DNA from: Rickettsia typhi
GTDB lineage: Bacteria > Pseudomonadota > Alphaproteobacteria > Rickettsiales > UBA1997
Length of the DNA: 35,003 nt
Direction of reading: 5' to 3'
Assembly: GCA_945878005.1 (NCBI GenBank)
Contig: CAMCSJ010000002.1
Span: 1 to 35,003 of the forward strand
Both the position numbers and the translations under genes were made by a program. Positions 8,399 through 18,461 of this stretch are shown here, one piece after another (positions within the stretch are counted from its first letter, which is position 1; every line of letters begins with the position of its first letter). The notes beneath the pieces are model-generated. The model made no database searches and was not told the DNA's origin. It worked only from the letters and a program-made list of their open reading frames with translations.

Positions 8399-10516
8399 AT
8401 GAACTATTTTGATTTCGTAAATTTTTTTGGTAAGATTGAGGAATATCGTTTAAAAAAAGCATCAAAAATTAATAAATTTTTAACAAAAATCAGCAATAAT
8501 TTTTATCACAAAATTGAAAATATTTTAGATAGCTCAAATTATGTTTTGATATTTAATTTATCGATTATTTTAGCTGGAATTTTATTGAGATCAATTTCGC
8601 CATTTGAAAATCTGGAGTTAATTAGCCAAGAAAATGAATATTTGCTGAGTAATCAAAATTTTAATTTGATTGAATTTATAAATAATATCCTTGCAGGAAT
8701 AATTGAAAAATATTCTGTGAATAAATTTTTTATTGCAGAGTTATTGGTAAATATTCAAGGAATATTTACGATGGTGATAATAAATAAATTGCTGAAAAAT
8801 TCGATATTTGGTGAGAATAGAGTAGGGCGAAATCTGTTTATTTTAACGAGCTGTTTCATTTATTTTATTGGTTTTAATTTCACCAATCAAATAATGTTTA
8901 ATTATAATAAGCATTATTTGATATCATTATATTTGATTTATTTCTCTTTGTTATTAACTAAATCATTTGAAAAAAAAACTATTTATTATTTTTTAACTAT
9001 TAGTTTTTCAATTGCGATTATTTTAACAAAAATCCAAGGCATTTTCTTAATTTTAGGTGGAGAGTTTTTTATATTTTTCTATCGAGATAAAATAAAAAAT
9101 TATCTATTGTTTTTTCTAAGATTATGTTGTTTTTTTTTGATAGTGATTGGTTGTTATTGCTTGATAAATAAGGGTTTAACCATTGATATATTTCATAATG
9201 AATTAAATCAATGGCAATTTTTTTCTAATAAATTCTTTACCAATAAAATCATTAATGAAATTTATAAAAATCAAAATTCACTAGTTTTTTTTGATGTTTT
9301 AAGTCGAGAAATTCAGTTAATTTTTTTATTAATTTTTTGTTATCACAAAATATTAAGATTGAAATTAGAGAATCATTCATTGAAAGATTTTTTAGAAAAT
9401 AATTGGCAATTATCATTTTTCTGGATGATTTTTTTTTCATCCAGTTTGATGTTGTTTTTTGATAAAAATATTGATTATAAATCAATTGAAGTTTTTTGTT
9501 TGTTAAATTTTTCTACGATAATATTAATTTTTTTTGAAATATTATTTTCAAAGAAAATTAATTTTAAAAAACATGGAATTGTCCTAGGATTTATTGTTAT
9601 ATTAGCATTATCTGATCGTGAATTATTTTTTGAAATATTTTATTATTTACCCAATTTGTGGTTTATATTTTTTATTATTTTTTCTTTAAAATTTAGATCA
9701 AAAATTAGTGATAATACTCAATTAAATTTTATCGAGAAATTTTTTATTTTGAGAGATTATAAATCGCTAATCTTATTATTTTCTGCAATATTAATTTATT
9801 GCTTTATTGCCATTAAATTGGCTTTTTATTTCTCATTTCTATTTTCAATAATTGCGATATGTTGGATGATAGTTATGTTTAACAATATCAACCATAAAAT
9901 TTTAAAAAATAATTATTTACATTTTTTTTTAGCAGTTTTTTTAGTAGTAAATTTTACATATTTCTTTGGTTTAATAATTGCTAATCTAAATATTTATGGC
10001 GAAAAAAATCGTAATTTTTTTACTCAACAACATCACTTTGTAAAACTTGATATAATCAATAAAATCAACGATATTAGTGATAAATCTGATGAGATTTTAA
10101 TTATTTCATCGCCAAAAAATTCTTTAAAAGATATCGCTTTTTTTCTTACAAATAACAAAATTAGTTTTTTAGAATTACCTTCCAATTATTTTAATTTAAA
10201 TTCATTTCAAAAGGTTTCTTTTGATAATTTTAAATTTATATTTGATGGCATTAAATTAACTAAATATAAAATTATTATTATTGAAAATAGTTCAATCTTG
10301 AATAAATATTATTGCTCAATATCCTATCTCGAAGAATTGAATAAATTAAAAGATTTTTCTAAGGCTTTTACCACTAATTATAATTTTTTTATTAGAATTA
10401 GCGTAAATTCATTAGCAAATAATGATATTAGTTTTTTTGACGCTCAGCAAGTAAATTCAAGTTCTAATTTAAATAATTTTTTAATTTATGATTACGAGAT
10501 ATATATCAGAAAATAA
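8399..10516 (+). CDS. Large polytopic membrane protein (705 aa), possibly a GT-C-fold (ArnT/PMT_2-like) glycosyltransferase. Paralog 1.
   Basis: More than 10 hydrophobic helices followed by a soluble C-terminal domain of about 150 aa. It shares C-terminal motifs with the next ORF (YKIIIIEN..C.., tail YEIYIRK). The first loop has the acidic motif ENEYLL. The functional call is tentative. Confidence 0.5.
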   Translation: MNYFDFVNFFGKIEEYRLKKASKINKFLTKISNNFYHKIENILDSSNYVLIFNLSIILAGILLRSISPFENLELISQENEYLLSNQNFNLIEFINNILAGIIEKYSVNKFFIAELLVNIQGIFTMVIINKLLKNSIFGENRVGRNLFILTSCFIYFIGFNFTNQIMFNYNKHYLISLYLIYFSLLLTKSFEKKTIYYFLTISFSIAIILTKIQGIFLILGGEFFIFFYRDKIKNYLLFFLRLCCFFLIVIGCYCLINKGLTIDIFHNELNQWQFFSNKFFTNKIINEIYKNQNSLVFFDVLSREIQLIFLLIFCYHKILRLKLENHSLKDFLENNWQLSFFWMIFFSSSLMLFFDKNIDYKSIEVFCLLNFSTIILIFFEILFSKKINFKKHGIVLGFIVILALSDRELFFEIFYYLPNLWFIFFIIFSLKFRSKISDNTQLNFIEKFFILRDYKSLILLFSAILIYCFIAIKLAFYFSFLFSIIAICWMIVMFNNINHKILKNNYLHFFLAVFLVVNFTYFFGLIIANLNIYGEKNRNFFTQQHHFVKLDIINKINDISDKSDEILIISSPKNSLKDIAFFLTNNKISFLELPSNYFNLNSFQKVSFDNFKFIFDGIKLTKYKIIIIENSSILNKYYCSISYLEELNKLKDFSKAFTTNYNFFIRISVNSLANNDISFFDAQQVNSSSNLNNFLIYDYEIYIRK

Positions 10517-12521
10517 TTTGGAAAAATTTAGAATTTTTCTTGGATCTAAATATTTTTTACTCTACTCCTGCGGTTTAATTTTGTTGTTTAGTATTTTTAT
10601 TAATTCGGTAACCGATATAGGAAGTGATACGGGAATCTATCTTGATATTGGTGAAAAAATTGCTAAGGGAGGAAAATATTACGATCAAATTTTTGAAAGT
10701 AATTTACCCTATAATTTTTACATTTATGCATTGCAATATCGCATTTCTCAATTTACGGGAATTAATGTAATTATCCTTGCGGAAATTTTTATCTATTTGT
10801 TATTTTTTATTAGTTTTTTTGGAAGTTTAAGAATTTTAAAAAAAACTACTATTTACGATGATAAAATTTTTTCAAATTTATTTCTGGTTGTTTTTGCATT
10901 TGGTTTTTTTCTGCGTGTTCCTTCGATTTATCTCAATGAGATGGGAACTAAAACAACTTTCTTCATGCTGTTATTTTTTCCTTATTTAATTTATTCACTT
11001 GAATTAAAACAAGAATTAACAAGAAAGGATTTATTTTTTCGAGGAATATTAATGGGATTAATTCCATGTTTCAAACCTCAATATTTGATCATGGTAATTG
11101 GTATAGAATTATTTAAATTTTTTGAAAATAAAAATTTAAAATTTATTTTTCGTTTCGATCATTTGATTATGGGATTGGTAGGTTTATTGATGCTTGATTG
11201 GATGATATTTTTTGAAAAGGAATATTTCCAATTTATGGTTCCAATGTGGAAAAGAATATATTTGCCATATTCCGATCTAAAAATTCTTTTTGATAGAACA
11301 TTTTATCTTCATTTTAATTCATTTAATGTAGTTGGAATTTTTATAGTTTTTTTATCAAGAGCAAAAAATATTTCATATAATTTAAAATTGATTACTGCGA
11401 TTTTAATTTTTATGATAATAATGATTAATATAGAAGCTCTGATGTCTGCAGATCAAGTTTCAAATTTATATTTCATAATATTCTTTTTTTGTTTATTTGT
11501 TTTATTTGATGGATCTTTTATTAAACTTATCAATGTTTCCAATAATAAATTTATTACTTTATCGTTAATAATAATATCGATTTTTGATTATGAATCCGTT
11601 CATATTGTTATATTTGGCAAATTTTCTGTTATTTGGTTTTTTATCATAATAACGCCATTAGCTTTAATTTATTTTTTTAAAAGAAAACAAATAAATCTCA
11701 AAGAATTTTTAATCTTTAGTTTTTTATATTTATTTTATATATTAATAAATTATATTTTAATTAGGATAGGTAATGATTATTTAGTAATCACTCAAATTAT
11801 TTTTTTTATATTGGTATGTTTTTTTAATGAAAAAAAAATTAACTTTAAGAGGTCAAATTTTTTTTCTACCCCAGCTATTTTATTCATTTTATCGACTATA
11901 ATCATGATTATAGTAAATTCTCTTGATCCAATATTTTCAGTTTTTAAAGAAGATAATGATTTAGCTTCGCCTTTTAATTATTCTGATAAAATTCATTATT
12001 ATGTAAAAAAATATGCACCAAATAAAAATGATCAAATAATGTTTTTTTCACAAAATAATATCAAATATCCGCTTTATAACTATCTCGAAAAAAATAGTAA
12101 AATTAAAAGTGCAACTAATTCTATTAATAACGATATTCATTTCAAAAAAAATGATCAATCTAAAAATTTAATTTCAGTTAACGATGATTATGAAATAAAT
12201 TTTATTAACCAATATTTTTATCAACAAAATATTGATTCTTTTAAGGATGAAAGCTATAAATTAATCATAATTGACAATGATAAATTTTGTATTAATTCTC
12301 CAACTCATTTGTTATTTTTAAATCGAGTTTTTAAAAAATTATTGTTAGATAATTTTGAATATGTTGATACAATTTATGTCTTAAAAAATACAAGAGATAG
12401 AGATCAAATAAAAGAAATTAAAATTAACAATAACAGTGAAAAAATAATTAGTAAAAAAATGATTATTAATCAAATCGAAATATATGCGAGAAAAACTAAA
12501 AAAATTAAAAGTAAAAATTAA
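10488..12521 (+). CDS. Large polytopic membrane protein (677 aa), GT-C-fold (ArnT/PMT_2-like) glycosyltransferase candidate. Paralog 2.
   Basis: The first extracytoplasmic loop SDTGIYLDIGEKIAKGGKYYDQIFESNLPYNFYIY resembles the acidic loop-1 motif of GT-C enzymes. There are many TM helices and a soluble C-terminus with YKLIIIDN..C.. and IEIYARK. Its ATG at 10488 overlaps paralog 1 by 29 nt. Confidence 0.55.
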   Translation: MITRYISENNLEKFRIFLGSKYFLLYSCGLILLFSIFINSVTDIGSDTGIYLDIGEKIAKGGKYYDQIFESNLPYNFYIYALQYRISQFTGINVIILAEIFIYLLFFISFFGSLRILKKTTIYDDKIFSNLFLVVFAFGFFLRVPSIYLNEMGTKTTFFMLLFFPYLIYSLELKQELTRKDLFFRGILMGLIPCFKPQYLIMVIGIELFKFFENKNLKFIFRFDHLIMGLVGLLMLDWMIFFEKEYFQFMVPMWKRIYLPYSDLKILFDRTFYLHFNSFNVVGIFIVFLSRAKNISYNLKLITAILIFMIIMINIEALMSADQVSNLYFIIFFFCLFVLFDGSFIKLINVSNNKFITLSLIIISIFDYESVHIVIFGKFSVIWFFIIITPLALIYFFKRKQINLKEFLIFSFLYLFYILINYILIRIGNDYLVITQIIFFILVCFFNEKKINFKRSNFFSTPAILFILSTIIMIIVNSLDPIFSVFKEDNDLASPFNYSDKIHYYVKKYAPNKNDQIMFFSQNNIKYPLYNYLEKNSKIKSATNSINNDIHFKKNDQSKNLISVNDDYEINFINQYFYQQNIDSFKDESYKLIIIDNDKFCINSPTHLLFLNRVFKKLLLDNFEYVDTIYVLKNTRDRDQIKEIKINNNSEKIISKKMIINQIEIYARKTKKIKSKN

Positions 12522-14094
12522 AAATATTTTGCAAATCTATCCGAGATTTATGATATTCTTGGCTGGATGTGTTAGTGCTCTAGCATTTGCGCCATTTAAT
12601 TTTTTTATAATTTTATTCATTTCACTGCCAATATTTTATTTGATTATTGATAAAAATACTTCAAATAAAATTACTTTTTTTTACGGATTATTATTCGGAT
12701 ATGGATATTTTTTGGCTGGGATTTATTGGATTGCAATTTCACTGCTAGTTGATGTTGAAAAATTTGCTTGGTTAATTCCTTTTGCTTTAACAATAATTCC
12801 GAGTTTTTTAGCGCTTTATTTTGGTTTTTTGGCAATAGGTTTTAAATTTTTAGTAAAGAAATTTTCCTTAAAATTTGACTTTCAAAAAATATTAATTTTT
12901 GCAATTATCTGGGTAATATTTGAATCATTAAGATCAACGTTATTTAGTGGATTTGCTTGGAACCTGTTAGGTTATAGTTGGTTATTTTCTTTAGATTTTT
13001 CACAAAGTGCATCGCTTTTTGGAGTTTATTTTCTAAGCTTCATTGCTGTTATTACTTCCTTAAGTCCGATATTAATTTTTAATCATAAAAAACATAAAAG
13101 TAATAAAATTTTCTTATATTTATTTGCTATTTTTTTACTGGTAATTTTTTCATATGGAATTTTTGTTAATAAATATTTTCCTCAAACATATTCATCAAAT
13201 GAAAAAATTCGCATTGTTCAAGCAAATATTAAGCAAGAAATAAAATGGCAAGAAATTGAAAGATATAATAATTTTTTAAAACATATCGAGCTTACTCGCT
13301 CAATGCCATTTGATGATATTAAAGCAGTAATCTGGTCAGAAACTTCTGTTCCATACATCATTGATAATGATCCAAAATTATTGAATTTGTTAAAACTTGC
13401 AGTTCCCAGTGATGGTGAATTAATTACGGGTGGATTAAGAGTTCAAAAAAATAGTGACAATAAAATTACTGGAGTTTTTAACAGTATTTTCATGATCAAC
13501 TCCCAAGGAATTTTAGAAAGTTATGATAAGCATCATCTTGTTCCGTTTGGTGAATATGTTCCCTTTCAAAAAATGTTATCATTTTTATTTATCGATGAAG
13601 TTGTCGATAAAATTACTTCAGGTGGAGAAGGATTTTTGTCAGGAGATCATGTTAAAACTCTTCAAGCAAAATATTTTAGTTTTAATCCGTTAATTTGTTA
13701 TGAGGTTATTTTTTCAAATGAAGTGATCAAAGAAAATCAAAATCCTGAGATGTTCATTAACATTACTAACGATGCATGGTTTGGAAATAGCTCTGGACCT
13801 TATCAGCATTTAGCAATGGCTCAGATGAGAGCAATCGAATATTCAACTCCGTTAATTCGAGTTGCAGGAACTGGTATTTCTGCTCTTATCGATATTCATG
13901 GCAATATTATCAGAAAAATTGATTTAAATGAAGCAGGAATTAGTGATGTTGAATTGTTAAAAACTAGTCAGGTGAGTTTTTATCGTAAATTTGGAAATAT
14001 TCCTTTGATCATTATTTTTGTAGTGCTAAGCGGATTATTTTGCAATGTTTTTGAAGTAATATTTAAAAATATTAAATTAAAACTAAAACTATAA
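12484..14094 (+). CDS. lnt: Apolipoprotein N-acyltransferase
   Basis: N-terminal multi-TM domain plus a nitrilase-fold domain with IVQANIKQEIKW, VIWSETS, YDKHHLVPFGEYVPF, PLICYEVIF (catalytic Cys) and NITNDAWFG. The ATG at 12484 overlaps the upstream gene by 38 nt. An alternative ATG at 12550 (MIFLAG..) is possible. Confidence 0.9.
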   Translation: MREKLKKLKVKIKNILQIYPRFMIFLAGCVSALAFAPFNFFIILFISLPIFYLIIDKNTSNKITFFYGLLFGYGYFLAGIYWIAISLLVDVEKFAWLIPFALTIIPSFLALYFGFLAIGFKFLVKKFSLKFDFQKILIFAIIWVIFESLRSTLFSGFAWNLLGYSWLFSLDFSQSASLFGVYFLSFIAVITSLSPILIFNHKKHKSNKIFLYLFAIFLLVIFSYGIFVNKYFPQTYSSNEKIRIVQANIKQEIKWQEIERYNNFLKHIELTRSMPFDDIKAVIWSETSVPYIIDNDPKLLNLLKLAVPSDGELITGGLRVQKNSDNKITGVFNSIFMINSQGILESYDKHHLVPFGEYVPFQKMLSFLFIDEVVDKITSGGEGFLSGDHVKTLQAKYFSFNPLICYEVIFSNEVIKENQNPEMFINITNDAWFGNSSGPYQHLAMAQMRAIEYSTPLIRVAGTGISALIDIHGNIIRKIDLNEAGISDVELLKTSQVSFYRKFGNIPLIIIFVVLSGLFCNVFEVIFKNIKLKLKL

Positions 14095-14116
14095 TTTTAA
14101 ATATAAATTATTTACT

Positions 14117-14875
14117 TTAGCTAAGTCTTACTGGTAAATGTTGGGAATTAAGATATTCTTTAGCATCTGTAATGGTAAATTCATTAAAATGAAAAATTGA
14201 TGCAGCTAATACTGCAGATGCTCCAGCACGAAGTCCTTGAGCAAGATGTTCTAACTCTCCAACTCCTCCCGATGCAATTACGGGAATGTTAACATTATTA
14301 CAAATTTTCGTGAGTAAATCTAAATCATAACCATTTTTGGTTCCATCTTGATTCATCGAGGTTAATAGAATTTCTCCAGCTCCAAATTCTTCAACTTGTT
14401 TTGCCCAAAGAAATGCATCAAGATCGGTTTCGTTTTTTCCACCGTGAGAATAGATACGATATTGACCTTGAGAATTTTTTTTAACATCGATTGCAACAAC
14501 CACTGCTTGACTTCCAAATTTATTAGCTGAATCGGTAATTAATTGGGGATTTTTTATTGCACTGCTATTGATCGATATTTTATCAGCACCAGATTTTAGA
14601 AGAATTGAGAAGTCTTCAATGCTTTTAACTCCTCCTCCAACTGTAAATGGAATGAAGCAAACTTGTGCAACTTTTCTAACCATATTAATCATGATTTCGC
14701 GATTATCTTGAGATGCACAAATATCTAAAAAACATAATTCATCTGCTCCTTGAAGGACATAAGATTTAGCAAGCTCAACAGGATCTCCAGTTTCAATTAA
14801 ATTTTCGAAATTTATTCCTTTTACAACCTGATTATTTTTAACATCAAGACATGGTATTAAACGATTTTTAAGCAT
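14117..14875 (-). CDS. hisF: Imidazole glycerol phosphate synthase, cyclase subunit
   Basis: Similar along its full length to canonical HisF: RLIPCLDVKNNQVVKG.NFENL...GDPVELAK, FIPFTVGGGV, GSQAVVVAIDVKK, GAGEILLTSMNQDGTKNGYDL, IPVIASGG and AASIFHFNEFTI..AKEYL. Confidence 0.9.
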   Translation of the reverse strand: MLKNRLIPCLDVKNNQVVKGINFENLIETGDPVELAKSYVLQGADELCFLDICASQDNREIMINMVRKVAQVCFIPFTVGGGVKSIEDFSILLKSGADKISINSSAIKNPQLITDSANKFGSQAVVVAIDVKKNSQGQYRIYSHGGKNETDLDAFLWAKQVEEFGAGEILLTSMNQDGTKNGYDLDLLTKICNNVNIPVIASGGVGELEHLAQGLRAGASAVLAASIFHFNEFTITDAKEYLNSQHLPVRLS

Positions 14876-14916
14876 AAGTGATTTTTGAGAATTGTGAAAA
14901 TATTTTATTGCAATGA

Positions 14917-15441
14917 TTAGAGCATTCTTTTTAAAACATCATTTTCTTTTTGATCAAAAAAACGGTGTTTAATTACTGCGCTAACATGAAGAGCGATAAG
15001 TCCAGCAAGGATAAAAGCTGATATCTCATGAATTTCTCCAAAAATTTTAGCAAGATCGATATTTTGTGATGTTAAATTTGGTAAAATTATTCCAAAAATT
15101 TTAACTTCAAAGCCATAAAAGTTTGACATTAAATAGCCCGAAAGTGGAACGATTAGCATTAAAAAATAAAAACCTAAATGAGCTAGAAAGGCAATTTTTT
15201 TTTCAAAATTTTTAATCGATTCGGGTAGGGCAGGTGGTTTATGATATAATCGATTGATAATTCTAGCAATCAGTAAAATTAATACCAAAACTCCTATAGA
15301 TTTATGCAGTTCATAGATTGTATGACGATTAGTATTTTCATTGCTGATGAAATCAGTCATATAAATTCCAAAGCCGATCATGAAAATAATTAGAATTGCC
15401 ATTATCCAGTGAAAAATTCTTGATAATAAATGATATTTCAT
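14917..15441 (-). CDS. Cytochrome b561 family protein (CybB-like)
   Basis: 174 aa with four TM helices. The N-terminal SRIFHWIMAILII motif and further His residues in later helices (HKSIG, HLGFY, HVSAVIKHRF) are typical of the prokaryotic cytochrome b561 family. Confidence 0.8.
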   Translation of the reverse strand: MKYHLLSRIFHWIMAILIIFMIGFGIYMTDFISNENTNRHTIYELHKSIGVLVLILLIARIINRLYHKPPALPESIKNFEKKIAFLAHLGFYFLMLIVPLSGYLMSNFYGFEVKIFGIILPNLTSQNIDLAKIFGEIHEISAFILAGLIALHVSAVIKHRFFDQKENDVLKRML

Positions 15442-15565
15442 AAAATTAATTAGATTAGTTTAAATTCACTAAAAGTTGATAGTAATAGCTAATAGTAAAT
15501 AATTAAGGTTTAAGATAGTTGATATTTAGTAATTAAAATAATTATTATTTTTCAACTATATCGAT

Positions 15566-18262
15566 TTATATTGAGCGTTTTTGCTCAACAATCTCATAAC
15601 ATTCTAGCATATCTTTTTCTTTAATATCTTCATAATTTTCAAAAGAAACTCCGCATTCAAAACCATGTTTCACTTCTTTAGCATCTTCTTTAAATCTTTT
15701 AAGAGTCTTTAAGATTCCATCATGAATTACCACATTATCGCGAAGAAGTCGAACCCGAGCATTTCTTTTAATTAATCCATCGATTACAAAAGATCCAGCA
15801 ATTTTTCCAGCTCCCGAAACCTTGAAAACCTGTCTAATTTCTGCTTGTCCGAGATATTCTTCACTTTTTAAAGGAGTTAATAAACCAGATAAAAGTAATT
15901 TTAAATCATCAACCAAATTATAAATAATTGAATAATAACGAATGTCGATTTTTTTGTTATCAGCAATATTTTTTGCACCTAAATTTGCTCTAACATTAAA
16001 TCCAATTATTAATGCACCTGATGCCATAGCAAGGCTAACATCACTTTCGGTTATCCCTCCCGTAGCGTAATGAATAATTTTAATTGCAACTTCTTGATTG
16101 CTGAGTTTGGTTATAGTTCCAATGATTGCTTCGACCGATCCATGAACATCACCTTTAACGATAAGATTAAGATATTTTAATTTTCCTTTTCCTGAATCTT
16201 TAAAGATATCGCTAAGCGATCTTGCTGAATTTTTTAAAGCTTTATTTTCTTTATCTTTGCGAGATCGGTAAGAAATAATTTCTCGAGCTTGTCTTTCTTC
16301 GTCAACTTCTACAAATTTATCTCCAGCATTCGGAGCGCAATCTAATCCTAAAATTTCAACTGGAACTGATGGAGTTACGGTTGCAATATTTTTTCCAGTA
16401 TCATCGGTCATTTTACGAATTTTACCGTAAGATGTTCCTGCAACAATTAAGTCCGAAATATCTAAAGTTCCTTTTTGAACGAGCACCGTAGCGATAACTC
16501 CTTTATTGGGATCAATTCTGGATTCAATAACTACTCCTAAAGATTTTCCGCGATATGGAGCTTTTAAATCGAGCATTTCAGCTTGTAATAAAATTGCTTC
16601 TTCAAGCTTATCGAGATTAGTTTTAGTTTTTGCAGAAACATTAACGAACATGACATCTCCTCCCATTTCCTCCGCAACAATTTGATGACTCAATAATTCA
16701 TTTTTAACGATTTCGGGATTGCTTCCAGGTTTATCGATTTTATTTACTGCAACAATGATTGGAACATTTGCAGCTTTAGCATGATTGATTGCTTCGATGG
16801 TTTGTTCTTTTACTCCATCATCAGCTGCAACAACAAGAATTACGATATCGGTAATATTTGCTCCACGAGAACGCATTTCGGTAAATGCTTCATGTCCCGG
16901 AGTATCAAGGAAGGTAATGAATTTTCCATTTTTGGTTTGGATTCGAGATGCTCCGATATGTTGAGTAATTCCACCATGTTCTTTATCGACAACATTGGTT
17001 TGCCTTAGAGCATCAAGTAGCGAAGTTTTACCGTGATCAACGTGACCCATGATTGTTACAACAGGAGCACGAGGTCTGATATCGTCATGATCATAATTTT
17101 CTTCAATGAAATTTTCAATATCACCTTTGGAAACTCTTTTGGCAGTATGACCAAATTCGGAAATAATAATTTCTGCAGTATCGCAATCAATTGCTTGGTT
17201 GCTAGTAACTACCACTCCCATCGAAAATAGTTTTTTTACAACATCTCCAGCTTTTTCTGACATTCGATCAGATAGTTCGCTTACAGTGATAAGATCTGGT
17301 AGAATTACTTCACGAGAGATTTTTTTATAATCTTTTTGGTTATTTTTATCATTTTCAAATTTATTTTTAAAACGAGGTTTTCTTCTACGATTTGATGAAC
17401 CTTCGATTGCTTCTTCATTATCGGAATCGATTATGTAAGTAAGACGTCGAGTATTGATTTTTTCATCCTTTGAGGTTTGGCGATTTTTTGAAGCATTCGC
17501 TTCCTCTTCGTTAAAGCTTCGAGGATTGTGAATATTCTTTTTTAATTTTTTGCGATCTTTTTCAATTTGTTCTTTTTGTAATTTTTCCTTAACCAATTTT
17601 TCACCTTCAAGTTTTTTTCGCTCTTGAACAATTTTTTCTCTTTCTTCCTTTTGCTGATTAGATACAGCTAAGCTTTGCTTAATTTTATTTCGAACATCAA
17701 AACTATCGGGATTGTAAGAATTTGGTTTGTAGTTTTGCGATTGAATCCTTGGTGAATTATTTTCGATATTGGATTTAACATTTTCTTCCTTTGGAAAATT
17801 TGGCGATGTTTCTTGAGTATTTTTTATTAAATTGTGATTGATGTGATGTTCAGTATTTTCATCAATTTCTTTTATGTTTTGGTGATTTTCTTCTTGGATA
17901 TTTTTAGGATTTTTTTTAAAAAATTCTCTGTCATTATCTTTATTGGAAGGATTATTTGATACTTTTATTTTTGACAAAACATCGTGAGTTTTATAATCAT
18001 CAGATTTGTTATTTTTAGAAAAAGAAATTGCTTTAAATCTTGCTTCTAACTCGTTTTTATTAAGTCCAGTTTGATTGAAATTATTAGCTCCATTTTCTTT
18101 TTTTCGACCTTTGATGGTTACGTGAACTGCAGAGCTATGATGCTTGTTATCTTTATTGACTGGATTGGTTTGACTTTTCTTTCCAAGATCGGTTGAACCA
18201 GCTGAAGACGGAATTTTAAGGGTTAATTTTGATCGGGTGTTGCTTGTATTATTGTCAGTCAT
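15566..18262 (-). CDS. infB: Translation initiation factor IF-2
   Basis: G-domain motifs [20 protein letters not shown] and NKID, plus conserved C-terminal domains. The N-terminus is a K/E/N-rich low-complexity region of about 380 aa. Confidence 0.97.
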   Translation of the reverse strand: MTDNNTSNTRSKLTLKIPSSAGSTDLGKKSQTNPVNKDNKHHSSAVHVTIKGRKKENGANNFNQTGLNKNELEARFKAISFSKNNKSDDYKTHDVLSKIKVSNNPSNKDNDREFFKKNPKNIQEENHQNIKEIDENTEHHINHNLIKNTQETSPNFPKEENVKSNIENNSPRIQSQNYKPNSYNPDSFDVRNKIKQSLAVSNQQKEEREKIVQERKKLEGEKLVKEKLQKEQIEKDRKKLKKNIHNPRSFNEEEANASKNRQTSKDEKINTRRLTYIIDSDNEEAIEGSSNRRRKPRFKNKFENDKNNQKDYKKISREVILPDLITVSELSDRMSEKAGDVVKKLFSMGVVVTSNQAIDCDTAEIIISEFGHTAKRVSKGDIENFIEENYDHDDIRPRAPVVTIMGHVDHGKTSLLDALRQTNVVDKEHGGITQHIGASRIQTKNGKFITFLDTPGHEAFTEMRSRGANITDIVILVVAADDGVKEQTIEAINHAKAANVPIIVAVNKIDKPGSNPEIVKNELLSHQIVAEEMGGDVMFVNVSAKTKTNLDKLEEAILLQAEMLDLKAPYRGKSLGVVIESRIDPNKGVIATVLVQKGTLDISDLIVAGTSYGKIRKMTDDTGKNIATVTPSVPVEILGLDCAPNAGDKFVEVDEERQAREIISYRSRKDKENKALKNSARSLSDIFKDSGKGKLKYLNLIVKGDVHGSVEAIIGTITKLSNQEVAIKIIHYATGGITESDVSLAMASGALIIGFNVRANLGAKNIADNKKIDIRYYSIIYNLVDDLKLLLSGLLTPLKSEEYLGQAEIRQVFKVSGAGKIAGSFVIDGLIKRNARVRLLRDNVVIHDGILKTLKRFKEDAKEVKHGFECGVSFENYEDIKEKDMLECYEIVEQKRSI

Positions 18263-18461
18263 TTGATAAAATAAATTTATACATTAAGATTTAAAATTAT
18301 CATTCTTGCTAAAGAATTGCGATAAATTTTTATTGTTTGTAAATAATTTACAAATTTGTTAATTTCTCTAATTTGTGAATTTTTAAAAAAGCTTTTAATT
18401 AAATAATTATCAACAATTAATAGTTAACAATTATTAGCAAGATATATAAATCCTGCTAAAA

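Noticed and set aside
9252-9485. 77-aa minus-strand ORF inside membrane-protein paralog 1
   Set aside because: It is an antisense shadow ORF in extremely AT-rich coding sequence.
16781-17230. Two plus-strand ORFs (75 and 65 aa) inside infB
   Set aside because: They are antisense to the IF-2 G domain, whose motifs are unambiguous on the minus strand.
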